Of a stretch of 64,000 bases of DNA, positions 1 through 9,521 are shown piece by piece. Origin of the DNA: a virus. The notes under the pieces were generated by a model. The model did no database searches. It was not told where the DNA came from and saw only the letters and a program-made list of their open reading frames with translations. The stretch spans positions 1 to 64,000 of the IMG/VR virus record IMGVR_UViG_3300025600_000001, one strand, 5' to 3'. Positions within the stretch are counted from its first letter, which is position 1, and every line of letters begins with the position of its first letter. The position numbers and the translations under genes were made by a program.

Positions 1-782
1 ACTATTGTTACATCTGTAGTACTTAAAGAATCTACTAACAAACAAGGTGTAGTGATACTTTCATCCATTGTCAACTCGGCATTAAATAATCCACCTGAAC
101 AATATTGTGCTGTAAAATAAACTCCACTAGGAGCTGTTCCTGTTACATTATATGTAGCACAAAGAGGTAATGCAGTTGTAGATGTAGTTGTTGTACTACT
201 ACTTATTGTACTTGTAGTTGTAGTAGTTGGTAGATTAGTTGTCGATGAACTAGTAGTTGTAGATGTAGTAGAAGGACAGATTACATCAACACAATTATTC
301 TGTTGACTAGAGTCTAATATAAAAGTATTTGGTACAAAATCACAACTACTAAATCCAGTTACAAGAATTTTATGATTTCCAAATGGTAAATAATACCATT
401 TTCCTATAGTTAATGTTTCGCTATTAATAATCTCTCCATAACCTACTTGTAGACAATCACAATCGTAAGTATCTACAAAATATATGTACGCAGTACAAGA
501 AGGATTAAATATAGTTGTTGAACTAGTAGATGTAGATGAACTAGTTGAAGTTGTAGATGTCGTAGTGGTAGTAGGTATAGATAATACTATATTATTTGTA
601 CATACTCCCATAGATATAACTGTTATACTAGTAGTTCCAATAGTAACATTATAATCTGCTCCACCTAGTAATATAACTCTCGATACTCCAGAGGCAAAAG
701 GTGTAACTAAATCTAAATTTGAATATAGATTAAATGGACCAACATTTGCTCCTGCTACGGTTAATTGTATATAGACTGTCAT
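1..782 (-). CDS. Partial virion/tail-associated protein with Thr/Ser-rich linkers and Cys-containing small domains (runs off window start)
   Basis: ATG at 782-780 overlaps the TGA of the upstream ORF (ATGA). Manual translation MTVYIQLTVAGANVGPFNLYSNLD...PTTTTTSTTSTSSSTSTSSTT... stays open to the window edge. Not in the ORF track. Confidence 0.75.
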   Translation of the reverse strand, partial: MTVYIQLTVAGANVGPFNLYSNLDLVTPFASGVSRVILLGGADYNVTIGTTSITVISMGVCTNNIVLSIPTTTTTSTTSTSSSTSTSSTTIFNPSCTAYIYFVDTYDCDCLQVGYGEIINSETLTIGKWYYLPFGNHKILVTGFSSCDFVPNTFILDSSQQNNCVDVICPSTTSTTTSSSTTNLPTTTTTSTISSSTTTTSTTALPLCATYNVTGTAPSGVYFTAQYCSGGLFNAELTMDESITTPCLLVDSLSTTDVTI

Positions 783-2023
783 ACTGTTATTATTGTTACT
801 GTATTATTATCCATCAACCATTGAATGTCTCCATCAGGTGCACCTGCATTACAGGTCATTAATGCTACTGGAACTGTTAATGTAAATACGTTACCAATAG
901 TATTATCAAACACACTATTATCTTCAACAGTTCCTCCTAGATCAGTACAAGATGGAATATATACTATTGTTAATTGTGGACAACTTCCAAAACACTCAAA
1001 TCCAATGTGAGTTGATAAATCTAATCTAATTTCTGTTATTACAGAGCATAACTTAAACGCACGATCTCCAGTATATGTAACAAGAGGAAAATTCGCAGTA
1101 AGTAATGCAACACAATCTTGAAACGCAAACGTTTCTATTCTATTTGCAATAGGTAGATAAATGTCAGTTAAAGAGTTGCATCCAGAAAATGTAAATTCCG
1201 ATAACGTTGTTATTGAATCTAATCTAGCTGACGTAATACTTACACAACTATTAAAACAAGAACTTCCAAGTGATGTAACTAATGGAAAGTTAATAGTAGT
1301 TAATGATGTACAGTGATAAAAAGCGTAATCAATAATACTAGTAATTGCAGGTAAATTTGCTATTATTAAATTAGTACAATAAAAAAAGGCGTATAATCCA
1401 ACTGAAGTTACACAGTTGGTAGTATCTTCAATGCCTAATAAATTATCATTTCCTGTATATGAAGGTGCATTTGCAAATAATTCCTCTTTTAAAGTTATTC
1501 CACTTCCTCCAATTAAATTAATCTCATTTCCTGTTACTACAACAGAAGTAAAGGGATTACCATTAATAGGTAAATCAAAAAACGTATTCCAATCAGAAAT
1601 AGAATTTGGATCTCCAACAGGTATATTTCCTATATCATCCCATAGTAATCTTAATCCTGATAACTCTCTATTAGTAGTAGTAGTAGTGGTAGAACTACTA
1701 GAAGTAGTAGATGTAGATGTACTAGTTGTAGAAGAAGTAGAAGATGATGTAGTAGAAGTAGAAGGTATAACTGTAGTAGTAGTAGATGTACTAGTAGATT
1801 GATTATTACAACAATTAATTAATTGACATAGTAAATTATCTAATTTCTGAATAGCTATAGTAATTGTGTCACATGTATGAATCCCTGAACATGGAAGATT
1901 TGGTCCATCATAAGTTATACGAGTAGATTGTATAGGTTTTGCAACACAAAATCCACATTCATCATCGTCATCCTCATCACGTTTTGGACGCATAAATCCA
2001 CCAAATAGTTTGTATTCTGTCAT
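779..2023 (-). CDS. Putative tail/adhesin protein with BspA-type leucine-rich repeats (LRR_5) after a poly-Thr/Ser linker
   Basis: Repeats such as SIIDYAFYHCTSLTTINFP and RIETFAFQDCVALLTANFP. N-terminal YDGPNLPCSGI module resembles the N-terminus of 2604..3794. Confidence 0.75.
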   Translation of the reverse strand: MTEYKLFGGFMRPKRDEDDDDECGFCVAKPIQSTRITYDGPNLPCSGIHTCDTITIAIQKLDNLLCQLINCCNNQSTSTSTTTTVIPSTSTTSSSTSSTTSTSTSTTSSSSTTTTTTNRELSGLRLLWDDIGNIPVGDPNSISDWNTFFDLPINGNPFTSVVVTGNEINLIGGSGITLKEELFANAPSYTGNDNLLGIEDTTNCVTSVGLYAFFYCTNLIIANLPAITSIIDYAFYHCTSLTTINFPLVTSLGSSCFNSCVSITSARLDSITTLSEFTFSGCNSLTDIYLPIANRIETFAFQDCVALLTANFPLVTYTGDRAFKLCSVITEIRLDLSTHIGFECFGSCPQLTIVYIPSCTDLGGTVEDNSVFDNTIGNVFTLTVPVALMTCNAGAPDGDIQWLMDNNTVTIITV

Positions 2024-2024
2024 T

Positions 2025-2588
2025 CTAATTTATTTTATTTGACTTTACAATATTATCTCTCCACCATAAAGGTTGAAAGTTTGTGTAATGACACAGATTA
2101 ATTACTTCTTCTTCAGTTTTAGCAATAGATATAGGAACAATGTGATCTATATGATATCCAAATCTACTAAAATCTTTTAATGTAATTCCTTCTGGACATT
2201 TTGCTAAAATATAATTTATAAAAAATTCTATAGAACATCCTAATATATCTACAGTTTTACTTTTCTTTACAAATGACTTAACTCCTCGTTTAAAAGATTT
2301 AGTAATTAAAGATCTTAATACGTTACTAAATTTAAAGAAAGAATCTTTTTCTAATCTACGTCTTATATAATTAACGTGAATTATATTTGATCTTTCTCTA
2401 TTTTCTTTTTGCCATAATCTACTAGTCTGATTAAGTTTTTCTTTATTTTGTAATCTATATTCTTTTAATTCTTTCTTATGGTCATCATTCCAATCTAAAG
2501 ACTTTTGATTTAATCTTTCTTTATTTTCTAGTCTCCAAATTTTATCTTTTTCAGGATTAGGTCTTTTGTATTTAGTTTCTGTAATCAT
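2025..2588 (-). CDS. HNH-type endonuclease (putative free-standing homing endonuclease)
   Basis: C-terminal YHIDHIVPIS...LCHYTNFQPLWWRDNIVKSNK motif; basic helical N-terminal repeats. Confidence 0.75.
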   Translation of the reverse strand: MITETKYKRPNPEKDKIWRLENKERLNQKSLDWNDDHKKELKEYRLQNKEKLNQTSRLWQKENRERSNIIHVNYIRRRLEKDSFFKFSNVLRSLITKSFKRGVKSFVKKSKTVDILGCSIEFFINYILAKCPEGITLKDFSRFGYHIDHIVPISIAKTEEEVINLCHYTNFQPLWWRDNIVKSNKIN

Positions 2589-2603
2589 CTGATTTATAGA
2601 TAT

Positions 2604-3794
2604 TTATGGGATGAACATAATGTAATAACAACCCATTCCAGGTTGAATATTATTATGAGCTGAACTTGATCCTTTAGGTCCTACTGTAGTTGTTACAATT
2701 ATATTAGTAGTAGTACTAGAAGTTCTTCCTATTGTTGGACTAATAAAACTTCCTGTAGTTAGATAACGAAAATCATTAGCATCAGTAGTATCAGCTTTAT
2801 AATTTGGATAGACAGTACTAGTTAATGAAGTTGCTCCTGTATCTTCACTACCAACATCTGTATTATATTGAAAATGAAAATGTGAATCATTAGTAACGAC
2901 AGAAGGTGCAGTATGTATATGTGTAGGCATTTGTGATTCTGATAGTGTTATAGAATTAGTACCAGTTTTTGAAAATAATGTATAAGTAGGATTGAATCCT
3001 CCTGGTAATACTGCCGAGTCCATTGATATAAGTCCTGGAGTATTAGTACAACCAACTCCTACTCTTCCTCTTTTATCAGGAGTGCCATTAGCACCGTTAC
3101 AGAGAAACACATTTAACCATGCTCCATAACCTATTCCATCAGGACCAAATCCATTAAGACCAACAGGATAGTTTGTTAGATCTCCATAGTATTCTACTAC
3201 TGTAAATGGAACCATCTTAGAAGACATCAATCCTCCTACAGAAACACTATTCAGATAAGCTTGAATTATTGAATTTAATTGAGGACCTATTGTAGCATAG
3301 TTTGTATGTAACTCATTTGAAAGAGCAATTAAATTAGTATTAGTCGAACAAAGTTTATTAATTACAGCTTGTATAATAATATGTGTATCATCTGCAGGAA
3401 GTAAGTCTGTAGGAAAACAATCTACAGGAAGTGTGTAATCAGTATTTAATGCTATTAACTCATCGTTGATTGCATCTATCTGAGTTTGTAAATCACATGC
3501 TGCTCTTATTACGGCAACAAATAAATCTACAATAGTTATATCTCCACATGTAGGAAGATAGTTACTAACTATTGTACATGCTGTAGGTTGACAATAGGTT
3601 TCTGGAGGAATATCAATTTTTATTCCTGTACCATCTATTACAGATGTAAGAAATCCCATAAGAGTTTGCTCAATATATGATAGAGAGTCACCATTCTTAA
3701 TACCTAAAATAGGAATATCAACTCCTGTATATTTTACACATTTATCAGAAGTAATTTCTGAGCAATTGTTGAAACAATTTGAACAATTAGACAT
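2604..3794 (-). CDS. Tail protein with C-terminal tail-collar-like domain
   Basis: FLCNGANGTPDKRGRVGVG...TLSESQMPTHIH...SAHNNIQP...YYIM is typical of phage tail-collar domains; Cys-rich N-terminus. Confidence 0.7.
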   Translation of the reverse strand: MSNCSNCFNNCSEITSDKCVKYTGVDIPILGIKNGDSLSYIEQTLMGFLTSVIDGTGIKIDIPPETYCQPTACTIVSNYLPTCGDITIVDLFVAVIRAACDLQTQIDAINDELIALNTDYTLPVDCFPTDLLPADDTHIIIQAVINKLCSTNTNLIALSNELHTNYATIGPQLNSIIQAYLNSVSVGGLMSSKMVPFTVVEYYGDLTNYPVGLNGFGPDGIGYGAWLNVFLCNGANGTPDKRGRVGVGCTNTPGLISMDSAVLPGGFNPTYTLFSKTGTNSITLSESQMPTHIHTAPSVVTNDSHFHFQYNTDVGSEDTGATSLTSTVYPNYKADTTDANDFRYLTTGSFISPTIGRTSSTTTNIIVTTTVGPKGSSSAHNNIQPGMGCYYIMFIP

Positions 3795-4060
3795 TATTTA
3801 AATTTTAAAATTTTGACTCTCGACGCAATTTGATTTACTGAATAGTGTTCTGCATATTCAGGATTACAATACTTATATGTTAGAATTCTCTGATAATTTA
3901 AAAGATCTAACATTACCGTTCCCTCAATAGGTTGGTTAAGTGCAAATACAGTATTATTATATAGAGATTTAGATATCTCAAATATTTTGCAATTAATATC
4001 ATCTAATAATTTAGGGATACTTGCACACTCTATACAATCTGTAAGTCTTGGTGTTAACAT
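3794..4060 (-). CDS. Small conserved virion-module protein
   Basis: 88-aa ORF abutting the next gene in the late operon. Confidence 0.6.
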   Translation of the reverse strand: MLTPRLTDCIECASIPKLLDDINCKIFEISKSLYNNTVFALNQPIEGTVMLDLLNYQRILTYKYCNPEYAEHYSVNQIASRVKILKFK

Positions 4061-4199
4061 GATGATTATGGTTTACTTACTGAACCTGCAAGACACGATG
4101 GACAAAGACCATTATTTAAATGACATCCACATCCTACATCTTTTCCACAGTTACGACAACGAGCCCATGTAATATTTATTTTTACCATGATAGTTTTAT

Positions 4200-4748
4200 T
4201 TAAAAGTTTCTACCTGTACAATTACAATTATTATTAATAAAAGTTGTAAGCATTTTATATGCTGTTTCATATAACTTACTAGATTCTATTATTGCACAAT
4301 TATTTGCTGCAGCAATAGATCCTTGAATGAAAAAGTAGATGGTATTTAAATCTACCTTTGCCTGGATTTTAATCGCTTTATCACACTCCATCATATCCAA
4401 CTTCATGAAAGCATTATCAAATCTCTCTTGCAATCTATCTATTCTCATTATTGATTTCTCAACAAAGAAATTGTATGCAGGAGTCACTGAATATTTAATA
4501 TAGTATACACCATCAGGAATAGGTAGAATAGGATCTCCTATATCAGATATACCTAATGTAATAGAATTATAAACAGTAAATTCATTTGGTATAAAGGGTA
4601 GACTTACTGAATCAAATCCTGGAGGGGTTATAACAATAGTAGGTGCCATAATAACAAATCCGATAGGATATGTAGAAGCATCTACTACTCCTAGTGTAAA
4701 TGTGTTATATGTAGGAGCAACAAGAATATTTAATTGTGGATCTAACAT
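4200..4748 (-). CDS. Putative structural (ring/tail hub) protein
   Basis: IPDGVYYIKYSV motif and position in the crAss-like structural block. Confidence 0.55.
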   Translation of the reverse strand: MLDPQLNILVAPTYNTFTLGVVDASTYPIGFVIMAPTIVITPPGFDSVSLPFIPNEFTVYNSITLGISDIGDPILPIPDGVYYIKYSVTPAYNFFVEKSIMRIDRLQERFDNAFMKLDMMECDKAIKIQAKVDLNTIYFFIQGSIAAANNCAIIESSKLYETAYKMLTTFINNNCNCTGRNF

Positions 4749-4760
4749 TTCTTATAGTTT

Positions 4761-4800
4761 AAAAAAAAAAAGAGAAAGAGCATTGCCCTCTCTCTTTTTA
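4761..4800. terminator. Probable bidirectional intrinsic terminator
   Basis: A-run, agagaaagag / ctctctctt hairpin, then T-run, downstream of the 4824..6002 gene. Confidence 0.55.
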
Positions 4801-4823
4801 ATATTTATATTTTGTACTACTGA

Positions 4824-6002
4824 TTAAGGTATCAATAATGCAGTTGTAGTAGTACTTGTTGTAGAACTAGTGTTAGTAGTAGTAGAGGTAGTACTAGTAC
4901 TAGTTGTAGTAATACAAACATTGTCATCAGTAGCATTACCAAGAGCGGCTTCTAAAATTGCTTCAAGAGCGGTCTGTTCAGCAGATCCAGTTACAACAGC
5001 AATGATCACCATTTCATCTTCTGGAATATAATCACCCCAGTTATATGTAGATTTATCAATATCATTGAATTTGATATAGAAGGTAGTATAAATAGCACCA
5101 TCTACAACCCAACTTTCAAAATTTTCATTATAACCTGCCATCCTGTATAGGTGTTTTAAATACCCAACCTGATAACTATAGTAATTCTTTTCAAGTTGTG
5201 CTATCTCACCAGAAGTACCAGTAGGATAAGAAGCACGTTGAATAATAAAAGCTTCTGCTACAATATTACAGTTATCGTTGACAATAAAATCAGCAGTAGT
5301 TGCAGGTCCACTATATACAAAAGTACGAAACCACATTCTGTCATATTCCCACGGAAAAGCAGCAACATCACAAGGTTGTCCATATTTTGTAAGAGGTTTT
5401 CCTGTAATACGAAGAGTTGTTCCACCTACATTAGTGAATGTATAGAATTGATTTAAACTAATATTATCAAAATTAATACCAGGAGTATGACTTGTTAGTT
5501 TAGTTATAAACTGATCAATCAATGCAGAAGTATCAACAGTCATACAAGGATCACCACCGCAATCACAACAAGGAGCTACGACAGTTACTGAACGTGTAAA
5601 ACCATTGAAGTAAAGAGTATCAAGATAACTAGAATGAGAAACTAATGTGAGAGTAACAATATCTCCACATTTTACATTCCATGAATTAATATCTGTAATC
5701 TGAACTGCAGGAGTTCCGCAACCAGTTACTTTATACCATTCTGTAACATTAGAATTACAACCAGATCCTGATGGACATCCTTTAATTTTATCAGAACGTT
5801 TTGTTCCTTGCAAATAGGTATTTACTCTACCCTGTGCAATATAGAAATAGGGAGCAGCTACTATATTACCTGCTGTTGCTACAGCATAGGTATTTAAAAA
5901 TACTCCCACCTTACCAGCAGTAAGGTCTTGTGTAGAACCAGAACTAGCGATAGTTACGCCACTGGGAACTACAAACATTGTTGTTAATGAAAAATCAGCC
6001 AT
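4824..6002 (-). CDS. Putative auxiliary capsid/structural protein (crAss-like conserved block) with Thr-rich C-terminal tail
   Basis: 392 aa, three genes after the MCP; followed by a terminator, suggesting high expression; ends in TTTSTSTTSTTTNTSSTTSTTTT. Confidence 0.55.
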   Translation of the reverse strand: MADFSLTTMFVVPSGVTIASSGSTQDLTAGKVGVFLNTYAVATAGNIVAAPYFYIAQGRVNTYLQGTKRSDKIKGCPSGSGCNSNVTEWYKVTGCGTPAVQITDINSWNVKCGDIVTLTLVSHSSYLDTLYFNGFTRSVTVVAPCCDCGGDPCMTVDTSALIDQFITKLTSHTPGINFDNISLNQFYTFTNVGGTTLRITGKPLTKYGQPCDVAAFPWEYDRMWFRTFVYSGPATTADFIVNDNCNIVAEAFIIQRASYPTGTSGEIAQLEKNYYSYQVGYLKHLYRMAGYNENFESWVVDGAIYTTFYIKFNDIDKSTYNWGDYIPEDEMVIIAVVTGSAEQTALEAILEAALGNATDDNVCITTTSTSTTSTTTNTSSTTSTTTTALLIP

Positions 6003-6027
6003 TTTTGCTTAATTTTAAATGTGAAAT

Positions 6028-6759
6028 TTATTCGTTCGTTTGTATCCTCATCTGTGCAGTTTGAATTGCTGAATTATTCTCTGTGTACATTGCCAAACTT
6101 TGAACTGTTAAATCTAAAAGTTCATCTTCTAAATATGTATTTAATTCACTATTCTGATCTATTGATACACTTCCATCAAAATGAGTATACCCCACCTTGT
6201 CGATATACAATGGATATCTTATATAGGAGAGGTATAATTTAGTTGGAGTGAATGTTCCATCTGTAAATATAGACATTTCATCTGATGAAACAAAATTAAA
6301 AGTCTCTTGATATTCAAATGATGGTTTATAATTTTCATTATTTAAAATAAATTGAATATCTCCATGACTTGCCAAATCTCGATTGATCCAAATCTTACGA
6401 TTTTTACATCTTCCTTTGTCTGCTAACACATAACTATCTACATAGAACATATATGCAGGGGTTATATTAGTAATAGAAGTTGTCCACTTATTTAGTTGTT
6501 TATTATTTAGTATTAAATCTAAAGGATGATCTTCATACAATTCAATAAGTCTCTGAAGATCCTCATATCGTTTCTTAAATGCATCCATCCCTAAACCTGA
6601 AGGAGTAGGAGTACCATCTAATTTTTGCTTGATCAATTTAATCTGTGCTTCGTTAAGAGCCAAGATTTTATCTTCAAGTTGAATCTGCTGATGACTATTA
6701 GTAGATAGCTTATTTAGTCTTTGATCAATTTTATATAACAAACTATCTACTGATATCAT
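6028..6759 (-). CDS. Putative head-tail ring/adaptor protein
   Basis: LNEAQ...YIRYP...ELLDLTVQ pattern and position two genes after the MCP, as in crAss-like genomes. Confidence 0.6.
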   Translation of the reverse strand: MISVDSLLYKIDQRLNKLSTNSHQQIQLEDKILALNEAQIKLIKQKLDGTPTPSGLGMDAFKKRYEDLQRLIELYEDHPLDLILNNKQLNKWTTSITNITPAYMFYVDSYVLADKGRCKNRKIWINRDLASHGDIQFILNNENYKPSFEYQETFNFVSSDEMSIFTDGTFTPTKLYLSYIRYPLYIDKVGYTHFDGSVSIDQNSELNTYLEDELLDLTVQSLAMYTENNSAIQTAQMRIQTNE

Positions 6760-7730
6760 GCTGCAATTATTTTCTTAGTTTTTAATTTACTCTCTAATAT
6801 AAGAAGTTCTTCTTGATGATCATCATCAATGAGATATTTTACTAACTCATCCTCATTTTTTGCTACTTCATATTCTCCTTCGTATATACTACCACTAGGT
6901 TTTAATCTATATATCGAATGTGTAATAGATTGTTTCACTAAATCTTTTATATGGAGCAAGTTTTCCTTCATATCAGCAAATCTTCCAAATACTTCAACTG
7001 TAGAAAGTCCTTGGAAAGTACCACTCTTGAATTCGGTATCTTTTAGAAGTGTATCTACCTGATTGTAGATAAAGTCTTCTTTAGATTCTTCTGTTACAGG
7101 AAGTCCAAGTAAACGTGCTACTTTTCTTTTCTTTTCAGGAGTCATCACATCGAATTTAATAATAGCCTTATTGATGAGTTGTTTCTTTTTGTATACAATC
7201 GCTACTTCAATCTCATCATCAACTACATAAAATTGTGTATCTGCAGGATATTCTCCTCGCTCCCATGCCTGAAAACTTGATGCAATTGTAGGATGTACTT
7301 TTAACCAAGCAAAAGTTAATTCCTGAAAAGTAATACCACAATCAAATAGATTATCACCATCTAACAATTTTGCAGGTTGAACATGTCTTTGATCATCATT
7401 TGATGTTGAGAGACCATAGTTCCAGAAACTAGAACGAGGTCCTAAATCAATCTCACCTAATGCTTCTTCAAGTTTTAATCTTAAACTTCTTACACGTTCT
7501 GTCTCAAGTTCTTTTTCAAGAGGATCTTGAATTCGTTTGATATAAGCAGCATCAGGATCAAGTCCTGTTCTGTATTTACCATCCAACTCTTTATATGGAT
7601 ACTTAAATACCCCTGTACCAGGAATTCTTGTAAGTCCATTTTTATACTTGGCTAAACTGCCTTCCATTGTTTCCTGTTGAGAATTACCATATTCTCGTTT
7701 GATTACTGAAATCTTTCCAACTTTGCCCAT
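6756..7730 (-). CDS. Conserved crAss-like protein following the major capsid gene
   Basis: 324-aa ORF; synteny only. Confidence 0.55.
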   Translation of the reverse strand: MGKVGKISVIKREYGNSQQETMEGSLAKYKNGLTRIPGTGVFKYPYKELDGKYRTGLDPDAAYIKRIQDPLEKELETERVRSLRLKLEEALGEIDLGPRSSFWNYGLSTSNDDQRHVQPAKLLDGDNLFDCGITFQELTFAWLKVHPTIASSFQAWERGEYPADTQFYVVDDEIEVAIVYKKKQLINKAIIKFDVMTPEKKRKVARLLGLPVTEESKEDFIYNQVDTLLKDTEFKSGTFQGLSTVEVFGRFADMKENLLHIKDLVKQSITHSIYRLKPSGSIYEGEYEVAKNEDELVKYLIDDDHQEELLILESKLKTKKIIAA

Positions 7731-7757
7731 ATGTAGTTTATGTTAACTTAATGTTTG

Positions 7758-7830
7758 TAGCGGGGATCAGACTCGAACTGACGATCCTTGGATTATGAGT
7801 CCAATGAGATACCAACTTCTCTACTCCGCA
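7758..7830 (-). tRNA. tRNA-Met (CAT), initiator-like
   Basis: Reverse complement reads TGCGGAG-TA-GAGA AGTTGGTA TCTC-A-TTGGA CTCATAA TCCAA-GGATC-GTCAG TTCGAGT CTGAT-CCCCGCT-A. Cloverleaf with a 1:72 mismatch; CCA not encoded. Confidence 0.9.
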
Positions 7831-7844
7831 ATGTTATAAATTCA

Positions 7845-7881
7845 ATGGTTGCTTCCCAGATTACTCTGGGAAACTTCCATT
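7845..7881 (-). terminator. Hairpin between MCP and tRNA (terminator or processing site)
   Basis: ttcccaga-ttac-tctgggaa inverted repeat, extended by aatgg/ccatt. Confidence 0.45.
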
Positions 7882-7936
7882 AAAAAGGCAATATATAAAA
7901 CACAGACAGAAGATCAATTAAAATTATTCTTCAATT

Positions 7937-9490
7937 CTAGTACTGCGGGATTTCTTCAATTAAGACTGTACGAGACAGATCTTCAATGAATACATCACAA
8001 CGATCTTTCATCCAAAGTTCGTAACCTGGAAATTTATTAGCTGAACTCATACCCTGAGATTTCGCAAAACCTAAGTGGTGACGAGTACCATCAATATAAC
8101 CCCAAGTCATCGAAGGAGCACCTTGCATACGTACTTCACGTATGTTATTAATCATAGAACCATCACTCATTGGAGAAACATCAAACACCATAAATACAGG
8201 TGTAGATTTCTTGTTCTGACCAAACTCCAGATTACTCTGAGGAAGATCAAGTTCTTTTAAGTGAACAAGTTCAACACGACCAGTTTCACGAGTAACCATT
8301 GCATCAAATGCAAAGTTATAAGTGATATGTTGACCTTCACCCTGCATAAATCTGTTTCCAGAATCTGCCATAAATGTAAGTCCACTGTTTAAAGCATCAT
8401 TCTTTAAAGCCTGTTGAAATACATCAAACCCTGCTTCATTAGTATACATCTTGACCCTACGGTCTTTTACATCAACACGTCTATAGAACAGATCACCAAA
8501 TACCGCACGAATCAAATTAGCAGAGAACTCTCCACGATTGTACTGAACAAGGTTTCCATTATTACGCATACGATGATATACACCAGCAGAGGTACGTTTT
8601 AATTCCTGACGAGAACCCTTAGATTTAACTGTACCTGGTTTTGACCAGATCATACGTTTAACCTTTAATTCGAGCATCGCTTTACGCATCCAGAATTCAA
8701 TAAACGGTTCCCATTTTACATCATTACGTGTAAGAGGAAGTTGATTTCTACGTTGAGGAGCATATACTAAAATATCCAGAGCTTTACCAGCAGCATCTTT
8801 CATCATCTTATCATCAGCCCATTCTGTGATTTTGTGTTCAAAACCATAACCAGAAGCCAAACTTTCGAACATTGTAATCTCTTCACCCAAACGAGGAAGA
8901 CCTAACAAGTCCTGATCAAATTCACCAATAGCTGCATCAACTAATTCTAGTTCGATACCAACCTGAAGGAATGTAGAAGTTACAAAATCTACCATAGGAT
9001 TATCTGTTACCAGAGTCCATGTATAGAGATAACCCATGTTCCATGGCATAGGATCTTTTACACAATACCAACGAGGACCGTATTGTCTTGATCCTACAGA
9101 TACAATTGCATTCATAGAGAATTCATTTGTATCTAATACAGTTTGAAACTCCTGTCCATCAATACCTGGTTTCGATAAGGCATGTGTAGAACTAGGAATA
9201 TCAATAATTTTTGGAAATTTGTAAGGTACTGCAATTTTCCATTTCCAAGCATCACTATTATTATCAATATAATAAGGTGTGCTCTTGTTAATCATATCTA
9301 GGAAGTCATTACTATACAGTGAACTCTGTGTGTAAAGACTAATGATTTTTTTATCATAGTCCGCAGGTTCAGTACTGTGAAATGATTCCAGATGATTTGC
9401 ATCAGTTAGTTTTCCTACAGCACGTTTGTCCATTGATGCGACTCTGGCGTAGGTAAAGCCTGTTAATCCTGGGATTGTTTGAATAGCCAT
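7937..9490 (-). CDS. Major capsid protein (crAss-like)
   Basis: 517 aa, in the order terminase-portal-acidic protein-this gene; higher-GC codon usage suggests high expression. Confidence 0.85.
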   Translation of the reverse strand: MAIQTIPGLTGFTYARVASMDKRAVGKLTDANHLESFHSTEPADYDKKIISLYTQSSLYSNDFLDMINKSTPYYIDNNSDAWKWKIAVPYKFPKIIDIPSSTHALSKPGIDGQEFQTVLDTNEFSMNAIVSVGSRQYGPRWYCVKDPMPWNMGYLYTWTLVTDNPMVDFVTSTFLQVGIELELVDAAIGEFDQDLLGLPRLGEEITMFESLASGYGFEHKITEWADDKMMKDAAGKALDILVYAPQRRNQLPLTRNDVKWEPFIEFWMRKAMLELKVKRMIWSKPGTVKSKGSRQELKRTSAGVYHRMRNNGNLVQYNRGEFSANLIRAVFGDLFYRRVDVKDRRVKMYTNEAGFDVFQQALKNDALNSGLTFMADSGNRFMQGEGQHITYNFAFDAMVTRETGRVELVHLKELDLPQSNLEFGQNKKSTPVFMVFDVSPMSDGSMINNIREVRMQGAPSMTWGYIDGTRHHLGFAKSQGMSSANKFPGYELWMKDRCDVFIEDLSRTVLIEEIPQY

Positions 9491-9521
9491 TTTTTAATTA
9501 TTTAATGTTAAAACCATATTT

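Noticed and set aside
180-4912. GTA/GTT-type repeats as a CRISPR array or DGR repeats
   Set aside because: They are coding Thr/Ser tracts with no repeat-spacer periodicity; no reverse transcriptase or TR/VR pair was seen in the window.
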